A program made the translations under genes and the position numbers. This document shows, piece after piece, positions 13,401 to 26,813 of a DNA stretch of 64,000 bases; positions within the stretch are counted from its first letter, which is position 1, and every line of letters starts with the position of its first letter. The stretch lies in assembly GCA_013239625.1 (NCBI GenBank), contig MU053376.1, positions 1,450,833 to 1,514,832 of the forward strand. Direction: 5' to 3'. The notes beneath the pieces were generated by a model. The model was not told where the DNA came from. It ran no database searches and saw nothing but the letters and a program-made list of their open reading frames with translations. The DNA is from Lama guanicoe (Eukaryota).

Positions 13401-15116
13401 AGCTTGGCTGGGAGAAATGTCAATTACACCAGTGAAAAGTGTGATGATGGGCCCAGAGCTGTTTGGAGCAGAACCAGACATTTGCTGTGACCGCTGGAGT
13501 GGCCTGGAGGGACCTGATCGGGGTGGAGAGGGCTCCTTTTGACTGGCCACACCTACAGGGACTCTGCCTCCATCTTCCCTCTCCCGTCTCTCTTACCACT
13601 ACCTACACCTTTGAGGAGGCAAGCCCTCTGAGACCCAAAGGGCCATGGGAGAGTGAACCGGCAGAGTGAGAAGACCAAGGCACCCAGGAGGGTCGTGATC
13701 TGTTGCCCTCCACCCCCCAACTCCTGGCTTCGAAGGCCAGGGGCTCTTCCCAGCCTCACCTCTCGTCCCAGCCTGGGCCTGGGAGGCACCAGAGGCAGGA
13801 TGAGTAGACGGAAAGAGGGAACATGGTGTCAAGAACCCATGATCTCCTTCTCTTCCATGTTCCAAAGCAACAGGAGTGGGAACAAAGAAAGGAGGGTTCT
13901 CTTTCTCCCTTTCCAGTGGCCTAGGGCTTGGGGACAGTCCCATGATAGGATCAAAAGGCTAAGCATTTTTGTCAGATCAGAGGCCTGGCTGGGAGGAGGG
14001 CTGTGCAGGGGCCAGGAGGTTTCTGGAACGCATTGGAGGCACCAAGGGCTTTGGCAGCTTGGGGTTTGGAATTTGAGAGGAGGGGTCGGTTGGTGGAAGG
14101 TCTGCATGTTTTTGGCAGGGAAAGCGTCCATCCTCGCCAGCCCACATCACTAGCCATTCCAATGAGGGATGCTCACCGTCCATCTCTCGCCTTTAATAAA
14201 GCAAACAGAAGCTCACCTTGAAAGTAGGAAAAACAGCATGCTGTCTCCAGCCAAGTGGTAGCGGAACCGGCGACCCCGGGGCTGAACCCCATTTGCCCGT
14301 TCCCTCTCTGCTGTGGTCAGTGCTGATGCAGCAGAGAGGCACCTGCATCCAGTGCAGTCCACTGCTGGGTCCAGCCTCCCTGCCTTTGCTCAGATCCACC
14401 TTGTTCTGCCTGGGCCCCTCTGCAGGCTCCCCGTAAGCCAGACTCCCGCGGTCTCTCCGGCTCCAGGTTCTATTACCTTTCGCTTCCCGTAAGGAGTGGA
14501 GGGAGGAAGGAAACTAACATACATGCAGCGGCAGCTGTGAGTCGAGAACTCCATACACCCTGTTTTATTTATTCCCGTGACTCTTATGAGGAAGATATTT
14601 ATCTTCATTTTACTGAATAGGAAGTAGAGTCTCAGAGAGCTTTATGTAACTTGCCCAGAACACACAGCTAAAAAGCGGTGGAGGCAGGAGTTGAATCAGG
14701 TCGGCTTCCCAAGCCCCTCTTCTCTTCACTCTTACAGCCGCCTCAGCGTCCCTGCGACTTCCTGGTGTATCGTTCCCACTGTCACAGGCTGCTTGTCTGT
14801 TGCCCTCTTTCTCCTTCACCTGTATATTGATTGACACTTTCCTTTGGTTTCTTTGCCCACCTTGTCCCAGTTGTCCCAGTTTGTCATCTCATGATGACCA
14901 CGTGTCTTTTGATCAATCCTTTGTTCAGGTAGTGCCTTGATGTTTGGTTCACTGTTGATGGTAGTTCCCATTATGCAGCGTAATTCGCGTGTCCTCCCTC
15001 GCTGCCTCCTGGACGGAAGTGCCATAGCAGGTGGTTTTCAGTCACAGGGAGCACTGAGGATCTGCTGTGTGCCCATGAGATGCTGTCCCTGGATGGAAAA
15101 CCACGCCATGTTCACA

Positions 15117-15735
15117 TAACACCTGGTCACGAATGTCCATAGCAGCCTTATTTGTAATTTGTAACAGAACCAGCTCAAATGTCCTTTGAAATGTGAATGG
15201 TTAAATACACTCTGATACCAACATACCACGGATTACTACTCACCAATAAAAAGAGATGAATTATTTATGCACACAACGACTTAGATGGACCTTCAGGGAA
15301 TTATGCCGAGAGAAAAGCCAATGCCCAAAAGACACATGCTATGTGATTCCTTTTATAAACATTTTTGAAATAAAACTTTAGAAATAGAGCAGAGAATCGT
15401 GGTTGCCAGGAATGGGGGTGGGGCATGGTTATAAAAAGGCAACACAAAGGATTCTTTCTCCTTGTAGTGTTGTAACTTCAGAATCTGGATTGTGATGGCT
15501 CAGACACACACAGGTGATAAAACTGAAACTAAACACACACACACACGGGACAACAAGTACAATGGAAGATCTGAGTGAGACTGGTGGATCGTATCAGGGG
15601 GCAGTTTCCTGGTTGTGATATTGCACAGTGGTTTTACAAACCGTGGCAAAAGCTGGGCACCATGTACAAGGGCTCTGTCTCTATTGTTATGGTAACTGCA
15701 TGTGAATTTACAATAAAAATGTCAAATGCAAAGAA
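15117..15735 (+). mobile_element. Old L1 (L1MC-like) 3' region
   Basis: gtccatagcagccttatttgtaat...tactactcaccaataaaaag...atgctatgtgattcc...gtggttgccagg...ggtaactgcatgtgaatttacaataaaa. Confidence 0.8.
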
Positions 15736-18530
15736 GGGAGAGAGAGAGAGATCTCCTGCCCTCCAGGGGCTGACAGTCTCCACTTTTCCTGTTTCTTTCC
15801 GCTGCCTCTTTGTCCAGCTCTGGGTTGAATGTAGTTGAGACATAACAAAGGAGTGGGCTGATTTTCCTCAGGGAAGAAATTGCTGGATGGTCACTGAAAG
15901 ACCACAAATTCAGGTTAATTGTCACTCCTCTTCCTGATTTCCGCAATCCCAATCTCCTCAATTTTGGCTTTTTTGTTTTTAAAGGAGAATTGGGTGGCCG
16001 TAGAGGTTGTCTCTCGTGTGGCTCCACGCTGCCCAGCTCCCTCCCCGCTGACCAGTCTCCTCCGTGTCACTGCTGGTCTCGAAGAGACTGGTGACCCTGG
16101 GATCTTTTCTCTCTGTGTGTCCCGGTGTCTGTCTGTCTGCCTGTCTCTCCAGTAGTGGAAAGGGGAAAGGTGCCCGGAATCTGCTTGTGTGTAACCTTCC
16201 CAGGGAAGCAGCAGCCCAGCTGTTTCCTGCTCCCGTGGCTGCTCCCTCCACATTCCTCTCACCTATGGTCCCACGTGGGGCGATTTTCTAAAACCACCTC
16301 CCAGGGACCGTGCTGACAGAGGGAGATGCTGGGGGAGAGGAAGGTCTTACATCCCTGTCCCAGGACCTTAGCCAACCTCCCCTGCCTCCCCCTTGTGTCC
16401 CCTCCTCCCTTCCCTCCCTCCCCCGCCCCCCAGCCCAGCCTGAAGCAGCAGCTGGACACAGCAGGGGTGGGGACAGCCACACTCCCTCTAACTCCCAGGC
16501 AGCAGCTGAGGGGCGGTGAATAAACAGCTTGACTTCCTCAGGATCCTTTCTGCCACGAAGCCTGTATCCATCACCTAATCGCATCCTTTGCCTGGGTTTC
16601 CTCAAAGCGTCCATGTCACGGCCATGCCCAGTGACAGGTTCGGAGGCTTCTGCGGAGAAGGAGGCAGTCTGGTCCGCGTCTGCAGGTTGGGCTGGGCGCT
16701 CCTGGAGGGGGCAGCGAAGGCAGGGAGCACTGCGAGCAGCTGCGTCCTTTCTTGTCCTTCCCATGATACCCACGACGAGGGGGCACCAGGGACTTGGGTT
16801 TCCCAGCTCAGCTGAGAAACTATTTCCTTTCATAAAGAGGCATGTAATTAGCCTGGGGAAATGGGAGGACCCCGCAGTCAACGTGTCCTTTGGCTACATT
16901 GACAAGAGAGGAGGGGCTGCAGAGGACGAGCTGCCCCTCTTCCCACCTCCCGCCCTCCGGAACACACAAACACTGATGCCCTGCCAGCTTCTCTCTTATG
17001 CGCACACATAGGCCGCACCCAGAGAAGAAATACTAGGTGTCCTAGAATGTATGGGATGCCTTTGAAATCTTGTCAAATTAGGAGCACGCTGTGATGGATT
17101 CAGGATGCAGGCAGATGCAGGACCACCCCAGCCATCAGCAACTTCCTAGAGGAAGAGGCTCCTTTGGGATCTTTTCCTCCCTACTTCATGTTTCATGTCG
17201 CTTTCCACTCAGAACCCGCGATTCCCCCAAGACTGAGACCCCCTCAGGCACACACTAGGCTGCCAGTTGCAGCCCAGCCACCAAGGTGTGGATGAAACCC
17301 CAGGCCTCATCACCACAGCCCCTCCCTCCTCTATAGGAATCCACTGCAGCGTCAGAGAGGGAGGGGGAGGGCTACGTGGGAGCTCACGCCACTCCCAGCC
17401 ATCCTACCCTCCTCCCCAGCCTGCCTCCTTATAGTCCTATTTCCTAGTCAGAGCCTCTGTATTAAATGTTTCTACCATGCACCGCCCCCCATCACCTAAC
17501 CAGGGAGATCTGGTCGGCCAAGAGAGTGTTGTTCTGAGGCAGACCCGGCCTGTGCCCTTCCTGAACTTTAGGGCATTCCAACAGAGACCCCCATCTGGCT
17601 CCATCCACAAGTACCAAAATGTGCAGAAGAAGCCTGCTGTTTGCCAGCTATTTCACAGGACAAATATAAATAAACAGATAGTGCCTGAAGCAAGGCACTT
17701 GGGGAGGCTCAGGAGTTAGGTAGCCAGGGCCCCAAGGCAAGCTGGCTCAGTGGTTTCCAACCCTTCCACCCACCCCCTGATTTGCCTGGATTGCACCATC
17801 ATCCCAGCCTCGAGAGACACACAGTCAGAGAAACATAACTTCCCTCTGCCGGGTGAAGGAAAGGCACTGCGATTTAGCAACTGAGGCTACTCCTGGCTCA
17901 TGTGCTATTGATGCGTTATTAACTTCTCAACCCCCGGGGGAAATACCACTGTGAGGCCTCTTGCTGGGCAGTTTCACTTATGATCCTCATAACAACCCTG
18001 AGAAGTAGACGTTACTGACATAGTTAACAATCTGAGAAATTGAGACTCTGGGAAGGTAAGTTTCTGGTTAGTGGAAAACCAGAACTCAGACCTGGGTCCT
18101 TGACTTTTATCTATCGAAAGTTGTTTCTTTTTTCTTTTTTTTTTTTTTCATTACATCTCTCTTTTCATCTATTTTTGGTCAACTCACTGCTCCCTGATGT
18201 TTTCTGCTAGAGGCTGGATATTCTGGGCAGCAAGTGAAGGGGACCGAAATGCAATTGATCAGCGTTAACCTTAGTCAAGAAAAAAGTTGCAGAATGTTGC
18301 GTTTGTCAGGCTGTGTGATCTGGGGCACATTATTTGACCATCTCAAGACCTCGGGTTCTTCCCCTGTCAAACTGGGGCTAGTGCTATTTCCTGGATCTCG
18401 TGGGACTGTTTTGTGGATTCAATGGTAGAAGGCATGATAAATATTCCTTGAACATAAGCACACAAAAACAAGTGCTACTGTTATTAAGACTTAATGTTGG
18501 AAGAGAAAGTATATAAGTTAACAGCCAAGA

Positions 18531-18675
18531 GGGGCAGGGTGTAGCTCAGTAGTAGAGCATGTGCTTAGCATGCACGAGGTCCTGGGTTCAATCCCCAGTA
18601 CTTCCATTAAAATAAACGAATAAATAAATAAAATAAACCAAATTACACCCCTCCCAAAATCGCCCCAAACCCCAC
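18531..18675 (+). mobile_element. Vic-1-like SINE, long form
   Basis: A and B boxes; TSD aagttaacag(c/t)caa at 18515-18528 and 18676-18689. Confidence 0.88.
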
Positions 18676-19191
18676 AAGTTAACAGTCAAAATGAGTTTTC
18701 CAGGGTGAGATGTAGATTATTAAAGGATGTTACTATGTATGTTCTCTTGAACAGGAACATCTGTGGTTTGTCAAAGACATTTTCAAGGTCAAGTTGTCTT
18801 CTGAGAACGTGAGTGGGGGGAAAAAAAAAAAAGAAAACCACAAAACCATGTCCTGAATCTGTAGGAAGTCCAACAGCAGGCAGGATTCTTAAGTCACAAG
18901 GTAAAAAGTAGAGGTACCAGAGGAGGCATGTGACAGGGATTCCTCAAAAAGAGTCTGTTCCAGCTCTGATGACTCCTACAGGGGGATGAAGCATCCAAGA
19001 GTGAAGAAAATTATTTCCAGGAAAGGCAAATAAAGATGTAACTAAAGGATTTAATTGGTGCTGGGGAGCCAAACCCAGACAGGTACAATGACTGGTCTGT
19101 CTCAATAGTACCAATGAGGCCAAATTGCCTTTTCTAATGAGATGAGAAGGGCAAGGATCTAGTCCAGCTGATCCCGTGTCATGATTTAAAC

Positions 19192-19375
19192 CAGCCGGGG
19201 CTCTTAAACGTCAGTGTGCACGGGAATCAACTGGAAGGCTTGTTAAACCCAAACAGTTGGGCCCCACTCCCAGTTTCTGATTCAACAGCCCCTGAGGTGG
19301 GGCTGAATGAAGATTCTGCATTTTGAGTAAGTTCCCAGCTGATGGGTCCAGGGATGGCATTTTGAGAACCACTGG
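19192..19375. mobile_element. MER5A-like hAT-Charlie relic
   Basis: gaatcaactggaaggcttgttaaa...gggccccactcccagtttctgattca...ctgcattttgagtaagttcccag...ttgagaaccactg. Confidence 0.8.
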
Positions 19376-22300
19376 TTTCAAGCAGTTTTCCATAGGGAGC
19401 CAAATGTATCAAATCACAGAACCCTTAATACCTTCCTTTCCAATACATGTAACAGCTGCATTTAGTTAAAAGTCTTTTTCACTTTACCACCTTGATGAGA
19501 AAACGAATGCCTGTGTTCTCAATTAGGACTTGCACGTTGAAAACAGAAGAAGAAACAAACACCCGCAAACAAAGAAATCTCTCTGCAAAGTCGGGCTGAC
19601 ACAGCCGAGGACTGACTTGCCTGCAGGGTAGGTGGAGAAATGGGGCTCAAGAAGTCTGGCTGTTTATTCCTCACCCTGGTCCTTCACCACTGGTGCTTTC
19701 CTACCAAGAACCTGCCTTGTCCGCCTGTCTGTCTGCGTCAAAGCCCGCATTCTGACTCTACAAGAATGTTGTGAAAGCTAAGCCCGAGGGCAGACGGCTA
19801 TCCGAGTTTACAGCTTCGTCTTCTTAATACCATACTCTTAAGAGGGAACAGAACTCCAGTTCTCATGACCTTAAATGCTGACGCTTGTCCAAAATGTCTA
19901 ATGAGGGGAAGCACGTGTCATGCACATTCACGGAACTCAGAGATGCTAACTGGGTTAAGAAAAGTGAACATTTTTACGGAAGCCCATTGACCAGTTCTAT
20001 CTGCTTAGGCAAGATAACAGGACAAGAGGGACTTTCAACTTCTGCGAGTTATCTTATCTGCACAAGAAGCACAAATGGTGTCCTTAAAAATCTGATGGAA
20101 GGGGGTGTTACAAGATAAGAGGCTTCTGACCAGAATTTCAGTATTTATGTAGTCTGACTGTTACTCAATTTACATAAACCAATTTTTTTTTTTTTAAAAA
20201 AGGCCTCATCCCTATCTTCCCTGCAGACTTAAGAGAATTTGTGGGGAAGGAGGAAGGCATCTGTCTTGTAGCTCAGTCCCTGGGGTTCAGTTGCAAAGAT
20301 GCTATTCGTTTAAAAAAGGGTCTCTTGATAGGCAACCCCCCGCAACAAAAAGCATTCTAGTGAGGCTTCCGTATCACAGGAACTCAGGGTATCACACTAC
20401 AACAGTGAAGCAGTTCCGTTGAGGCCCTGGGTTCCATCCCTGATAATGGCTCCAAGACATAGTCTTGAGGCTTCCTTTCTGGCAGTAAATTTGAAAAACC
20501 AAAGAGACAAGAATAAGGTGATTTCATACATCAAAAATAGACTCCTGATAAGTATTTCTAATCAGTTTTCCAGTTCAAATGAGTGTCCCTTCATTTGAAA
20601 TCTATGTCCCATAACTAGGGATACACTTTGTAATCATTGGGTAGGATATTTTTTCCATATGAGATGCTGAAGAAACACTCAAATGCCGATCAGTTCTATG
20701 TACTTCCACTATTAAAAGCCCTTTGTTAGAGGAGGTGACTTGGGACTGACTGTCACTATTCCGTCTTCCCTAAAGCCACCCCACCTTGTGGGCTGGTTAA
20801 AGTTTATCCTTTTGCCAGAGTGTTCTTATTAATAAATAACTCGTTTGTATGCCAGAGACAAAGCTAAAAGATTTCAGTTCTGCAGGAATGAGGTATTTAC
20901 CAGCTACGTACCTCGCCTAGAGGCACATCACTGCTTTTGTCTGAGACTGTTGCCAAGACCAGACCAGTCTGTCTACAGAGCCAGCAGCAGCCTGGGCGCC
21001 AGAGAGCCTCCTTACCAAGGGGTAGGTGCACACAGCCTCACTCACTCTCACAGTGTCCCTTCAAAGCCGGGAAAGTTGTCCCTTATTATCTCCATTGTAT
21101 AAAAAGGAGAATCAGCATGGGCTGGGGAGAGATGGGGGGAGGATTGGTAAGTGACTTGCCCAGGATCACCCTGTAAACTGCTCTGCTTCATCCACAACCA
21201 GCCACAAAGCTTCTCTTAAAGCAGGTTGCAAAATGAGGAAAGGCGACTGGCGGCTTCAATAAAACAGACTCTTGCTCTTGCTTTAGCGGGCGTTGTGTGC
21301 TATTCTCAACCCTGCTGCTTAACACCTGTTGCATTTTTTTGTACCAGTCACATGCATTTCCTGAGTAACCCAATTTTAAATATTTCATGCTTTAGTTCCA
21401 TAAACCATAAAAATATCACAGAAATGCAAATATTCTGAGGTCCATACTGTATCTTAGACTGTTTTTTTCCCAGTGAGGATTAGGACAAAACACTGTCATA
21501 CTACAGGTCCCGATTTTTAGTTTGGAATAGAGTCACCATAATTTTCATCGTCAATAACTATTGCCGGCTAATTCAGAGGTCAATTCTAGAAGCAAGAGAT
21601 GTTCTAGGAACTCCCATTTCTACTGTCTGGCATTATGAGGATGTCCCCACTTAGACTTACATCTCCCAGAGCAGGGCATCCGCTTCTCAGTGACCACCCA
21701 GTGCTGCTGACTGCTGAAGAGTGAGTAACCCAAACATCAGGTCTTGTTGCTTCACTTGAAGGCGTGGGAAGAGAATGAGGGAAAGGAGGATGAGAGGAGT
21801 GACCTGCTTTGCGATGGCCCAAGACTAGCCTCTTGTGCAAGGTCTAGGGCAACAACCACTCTCTGACTGGGTGCTTGTGCGTCCTGTATACCTGAAGTTA
21901 CAGCCGCAGTTCCCTACAATGGAGCTTTGGAATCAAAGCTCTGCATTGTTCCAGGATTACCAGGAAATGCTATTTATCTTGTACTTGGGCCAACTGTGGG
22001 CCGACTCTCGACAGGACAGCTGGTTTCCCAACCACTTCTAGGGCTACCTGGTTCATGTACAAACAGTGGATTTGCCTTAAAACTGCTAACCCCATGGAAA
22101 CTGTTCATTCACAAAAATAAGAAGAGGAAAGGAGGGACAGCGGTGAATTAGGTCAGAGGCAGGAGCAAAGGACCAAACAGGGGGAGCTTGGAGTTTGTAA
22201 CTGAGATGCGGCATGCATTAGAAATGAAGTTAGGTTACTGAAGCCCCAGATTATGTTCCAAGATCTAAACAGAATGTTGACTGAGTCCTCGGTGACTCCT

Positions 22301-23694
22301 AAAGACATTTAGTGTCTCATAAAAGAGCTTTGCTGTGTCATTCTTCTTAACTACTTTCGAGGTAAAACCATATTTTCTAAATGCTCAGGACTTTAATCCA
22401 TTAGATCGAATTAGAGAACCAATTTATAGTCCACAAAGCGAGGATCCAGTGTGTGTCACTGTCTCTATACACTTTCTGGGTAAAGACAAGTGTTTCACAA
22501 TCTACTTGTTATTAATTATATCACTACACATGTTGAGTTCATTGATGAGAATCAATTTTTACCACATAACCAATCATCTAGAGTTATCAAATCAGTAGTT
22601 ATCCTAGAATTTATGCCATCATTCTTCCTGTTTCAGTGACTGTCTACCTCCTTCCACCCTAATGTCTTGTAGTCAGGGCTCTCCTGACTACACAGACTAC
22701 GTATTCTTGTTCCTACGAGGTGGAAAAAGTGTATCTACTAGACACATGACATTCTGCACCTCCACACCAGCCAAGGAATGGTCTTACACGTTCTAATAAA
22801 ATGGCTTGTGTGTGTGTCCATCTCTCTTTATATACATACCTTCAGCTAATAGCTAAAACATTACCAATAACGGTAATACACACATGTAATCGTCCTTGAT
22901 TTACTTATTCCTTAAAGTTAGATTTTTAAACAAGTCATTTCTGGGTGCCATGAGCTAAATCAAGGCAAGCTATTACTCTTAACATTTTATGTTATCATAT
23001 TTTTAAGTGATTATTTTCTTCACTAGGATGTAAACTCTGGCTGCCCTCTCTCATACGCTGACCCCAGAATCAACACAGCATTTATTTCACAATATTTGTC
23101 CAAGTCTAATATTGAAACAGGCTGCACACCCAAGGATAACGCTGATTTCTCCAGGTGGCGGCCCAGCCAAAGCATGTCGAATGGGTACCTGTCCATTCTA
23201 TTAGGATAATGGAGGAAAGAGAAGCATGCCATCAAGATAAAGGGACACAAAGTACCATGTTACCTTAAACAGAAGTCTCAGGATGTACATAAACTTGTAT
23301 CAGTGCTGTCTGTGCAAGAGACAAGCCTCTTGAACTGGAGGGCAATTTCAAAAGGCAATACATGTTTCAAAACAGGGCCAAGCTTTCACAGCTGCATTCT
23401 GAAATCTCAACATGCATTTTCATTTTAGGAAGTTATCCACATATGTTCTGGGAGCTGTAAAAAAAAGGGAACAGCATGTGTATGAATCAAGAGATCTTAT
23501 TTTGCACTTAAAACCCAGAAAATGTTGCTGCTGCATACACCAGGATGTTAAGTGGGCACACTGATCACAGAACATCTCTGACCCAAGCAGGTGGTAGGGT
23601 GTCCTGATACGGTGGACGCAGAGTTCGAGGAACAGTATCTAAAAACGAGACGGGGCCAGCAATGGGCCCACTAGCTAAGTGTATGGAAGGCAAA

Positions 23695-23713
23695 CACCGC
23701 CCTCTACCGGCAG
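23695..23713 (-). promoter_or_regulatory. Candidate CTCF site
   Basis: Minus strand CTGCCGGTAGAGGGCGGTG fits the core CCASYAGRKGGCRS with one mismatch and sits in a small CpG-retaining patch. Confidence 0.6.
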
Positions 23714-25126
23714 AGGGTAGGGGCGGTATAGTCAAGATGACACATTTCCCTCTTTATAGTCGCTACTTAAAACATAATCAGGCCATAAAAGCCTTTGCAT
23801 AAGTTGAAGCTTCATATCTAGGGACCACAGCAGGGATTTTCAAGTAAATTTAGCATTTAATAAGAAATGTTCATATCTCATTGAAAGGACATTTTTCCCA
23901 TTTAATCTTTGATGTAATTCACTGGACTTGATTCAAGTATCACTGTTAACTTAGTGATGCTAAAAAAACAGCCAAATGCCCAGTAGGTTATTATTAGGAA
24001 GGCTCAAGGGGCACATTCATATAGGATAACGGGAGCTGGCTTTAGAACCAACAGCTGTGACAATTCAAAGCACACAGACGACCTGATTCAAACTCTTGTA
24101 CCACGTGCCAGCCAGGTCAGACATCCTACCTGAGCCAGTTTATCTTCGACAGAATTAGAGGAACATCTGACCAGTCTCACAGTTGTTGGGAAAACCGAAT
24201 GAGAAACTATGTAAATAAAAACTCCTCATAAACTGTAAAGGGCTGAACTGCAACTGTCAATTTACCGTGTAATAATGCTCATGGATAGAAGCTGAGGGAA
24301 TTCGAAATGTATTTTACCAAACCCACCCAACCTCTATGCCTCTGTCTACCTGATGGTTTCGAAGTCCTTTAAACCAGACTCTGTTTCTTCAGCATTGTAC
24401 TGAAACAGAAATTTGGTATGTCAATCATAAAACAGCCACAGACTGGGAGGACAAGTGGCTGGTTAGCGGCCTTCTGAAGTAAACTTTGACCTGGGACAAG
24501 CCACCCTGTGAGAAATAAATGCCAAGTTAGCTAGTCTCTAAGGGATAATAGCATGCAAACAGGCACTTAATTTCAAAGCCAAGGTGAGTTTTATGTCAGT
24601 TACACCATTGGGATGACAAGGCAAGAATGTAAATAAGGGAAAAGGTTGAAAAGGATGCAAGTCCTAATAGCTACAGTATCTTGTACCATATTCTCCAGGT
24701 AAGAAGTAGTATTTAATGATAAATTGCAAGATAGTGTGGTTCTTACGGGTATTTGAAATTGAACGCAAATGTCTGTTTTACGAGCATTAACATTATCCTT
24801 TATTACTTATAATGATAGGATTGTTGAAAGAAACTTGCCCTCCATCAGACTTCATAACCTTGGACATGAACATGAGGAAAATGCTCACAGGGACCCTCAC
24901 GTACCCAGTCCAGTGCTCCCTTGATTAAGCAAAAGTCAGTGAACCTACTGTCTCTTGATTCCATACTCTGAAGTATTAAGACAAGATATGCTTGTCTTGT
25001 TACCAACAACAGTGATGGTCACTGCTAGTTTCTAAAGAATTCATTTAGATAGCAGCCCCCCCCACCCCCCAATCAGGCTGGACCAGGATGGGACAGGCCA
25101 AGGTGACCAGCTGTATAATAAGCCAG

Positions 25127-25132
25127 TGTATT
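25127..25132 (-). terminator. Candidate distal variant poly(A) signal AATACA
   Basis: Plus-strand tgtatt at the end of the U-rich UTR block. Confidence 0.45.
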
Positions 25133-26807
25133 TGCTTGCGGGTATTATAAGAAGTACACAGAGCACACATCTGGGTTACAAAAGCCCTTTTATAAAGCCA
25201 TTTTTAAACAAAACAAAACAAAAAAAGTTTACAAAAGAAAAAAAGATACAGAAAAAGAATAACTTGCTTCATATGTCCCCAAAAGAGAAAAAAAAAATAA
25301 AGGGGACAATGCCAACATGCTCAACAATAAAGGGTTCTTTTTCTTATTTTTTAATACAAAATACAAGCAAAGGATACACATACTTAAAACAGAGCTCAGG
25401 AACAGACACGCAGTCCTGGAAACCCTTCAACAAAAGAAAGCAGGAGTTTGTTTTTTCTTTGTCTATGCAGATCCATACAGAGACTGGGATATGTAGAAAT
25501 TAAGTATCACAAAAGACCATCACACAAGTCTACCAATGCATGTTGCGTCTATAATTTACGAACATGGTCAACAAAATCATGTTCACTTCAACCCCATTTC
25601 ATTTAAATTAAAAAAAAACTTTTAAATAAAGTGGTTACATTCAAACTTTAACTTCCTTAGTACCATGCTGCAGATTTCAGCACTGTTAAGGTATTGCAAG
25701 AATGCCCAACCCTCTGGTGTCTGATCACGTATATCTAGCAACATTGTAGTATTAAGGGATGCCCGGGTTTCAGTCCATGGACAATTAAATACATTTAAGC
25801 AGGTTCTTCTCTTTTACTTTTCCTGCTCAGAACGTAAAAGATTAAGGACTAAAATTAAGGAAGACGGGGAATTTTAGAGCTGGCAAAATGAAGTCTGAAA
25901 GATGAATCAAGGCAAACAATTACTGAGAACTTGGCTGCTGCTTAACCTGGCAAATCTTAAAGTCTTTCCTTCAATCTTGCAGGAATTAGTTGTCTAAGGT
26001 TTGCTGCAACATGTTCATGGTAAACAAACTAAGTAGTGCTCTTATTTACAAATCTTGTAACAAATACTTCTGGAGGAAAAAAAGAAAAGAATTCACTAAT
26101 TTCCAGAAGACAAAGGTTTAATTGCCAGACATATAACAAACACCCACTCACACACACACCCACACAATACTTCAGGGGTTTTTATACAAGTTATTTAGGG
26201 CATAAGCTGAGTACTATACCCCTACACCCCATCAAAAAAGGAACAACAAAAAAAAAATCCCAATTTTACCCACCCTCCCATAATCTAGAAAACCCTCCCT
26301 TCACCCCTGATGTACAAAGTGTATGCACGACGGCGGCATTCCACCAGCCACACAAAGCATGCTCAAACAGATGTCACCAGTTCCACCGCTCCATGGGCAT
26401 GCCAACAGGCAGGTTTACAGGACATTTTCCCAATAGTGGTTAATACAGTCAGCACCACTGTGAAGTTTGTGAAGGAGGCTCGAAAAAAATTGTAATTTAG
26501 AGATTTAGGATTCAGAGAGTCATTTTTGTATCAAGCTTATCTCAAGAAAAAGAGGAAATGGGTTGCACACTGAAATTCGGCCATAACTAGCTTGACGTCC
26601 CAATATTCAAAGAAACTAACTCCCTTTTCAAATAAACTCAGCTCCGGGCGCAGAGAAAAGGACAACTCTAACATGAAGAGCAGCCAGCTTGTTCCAGTTT
26701 CCTCATTCCTTGACAGGAATGTATGTTACTCGTTCTGTTGAAGTATCTGTCTGAAGGCCCTTAAGAACAGGCCAGGTTTCTTTCTTTCCAAACTCCTAAG
26801 GTGATAG

Positions 26808-26813
26808 TTTATT
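26808..26813 (-). terminator. Candidate intermediate poly(A) signal AATAAA
   Basis: Plus-strand tttatt within the 3'UTR. Confidence 0.4.

Noticed and set aside
13818..13832. Androgen-response-element-like GGAACAtggTGTCAA (weaker ones near 3767 and 10922)
   Set aside because: Two or more mismatches in one half-site; expected by chance in 64 kb despite SLC45A3 being androgen-regulated.
16288..17011. Opposing ORFs of 197 aa (-) and 160 aa (+)
   Set aside because: Non-ATG starts, no recognisable homology, no supporting exon structure.
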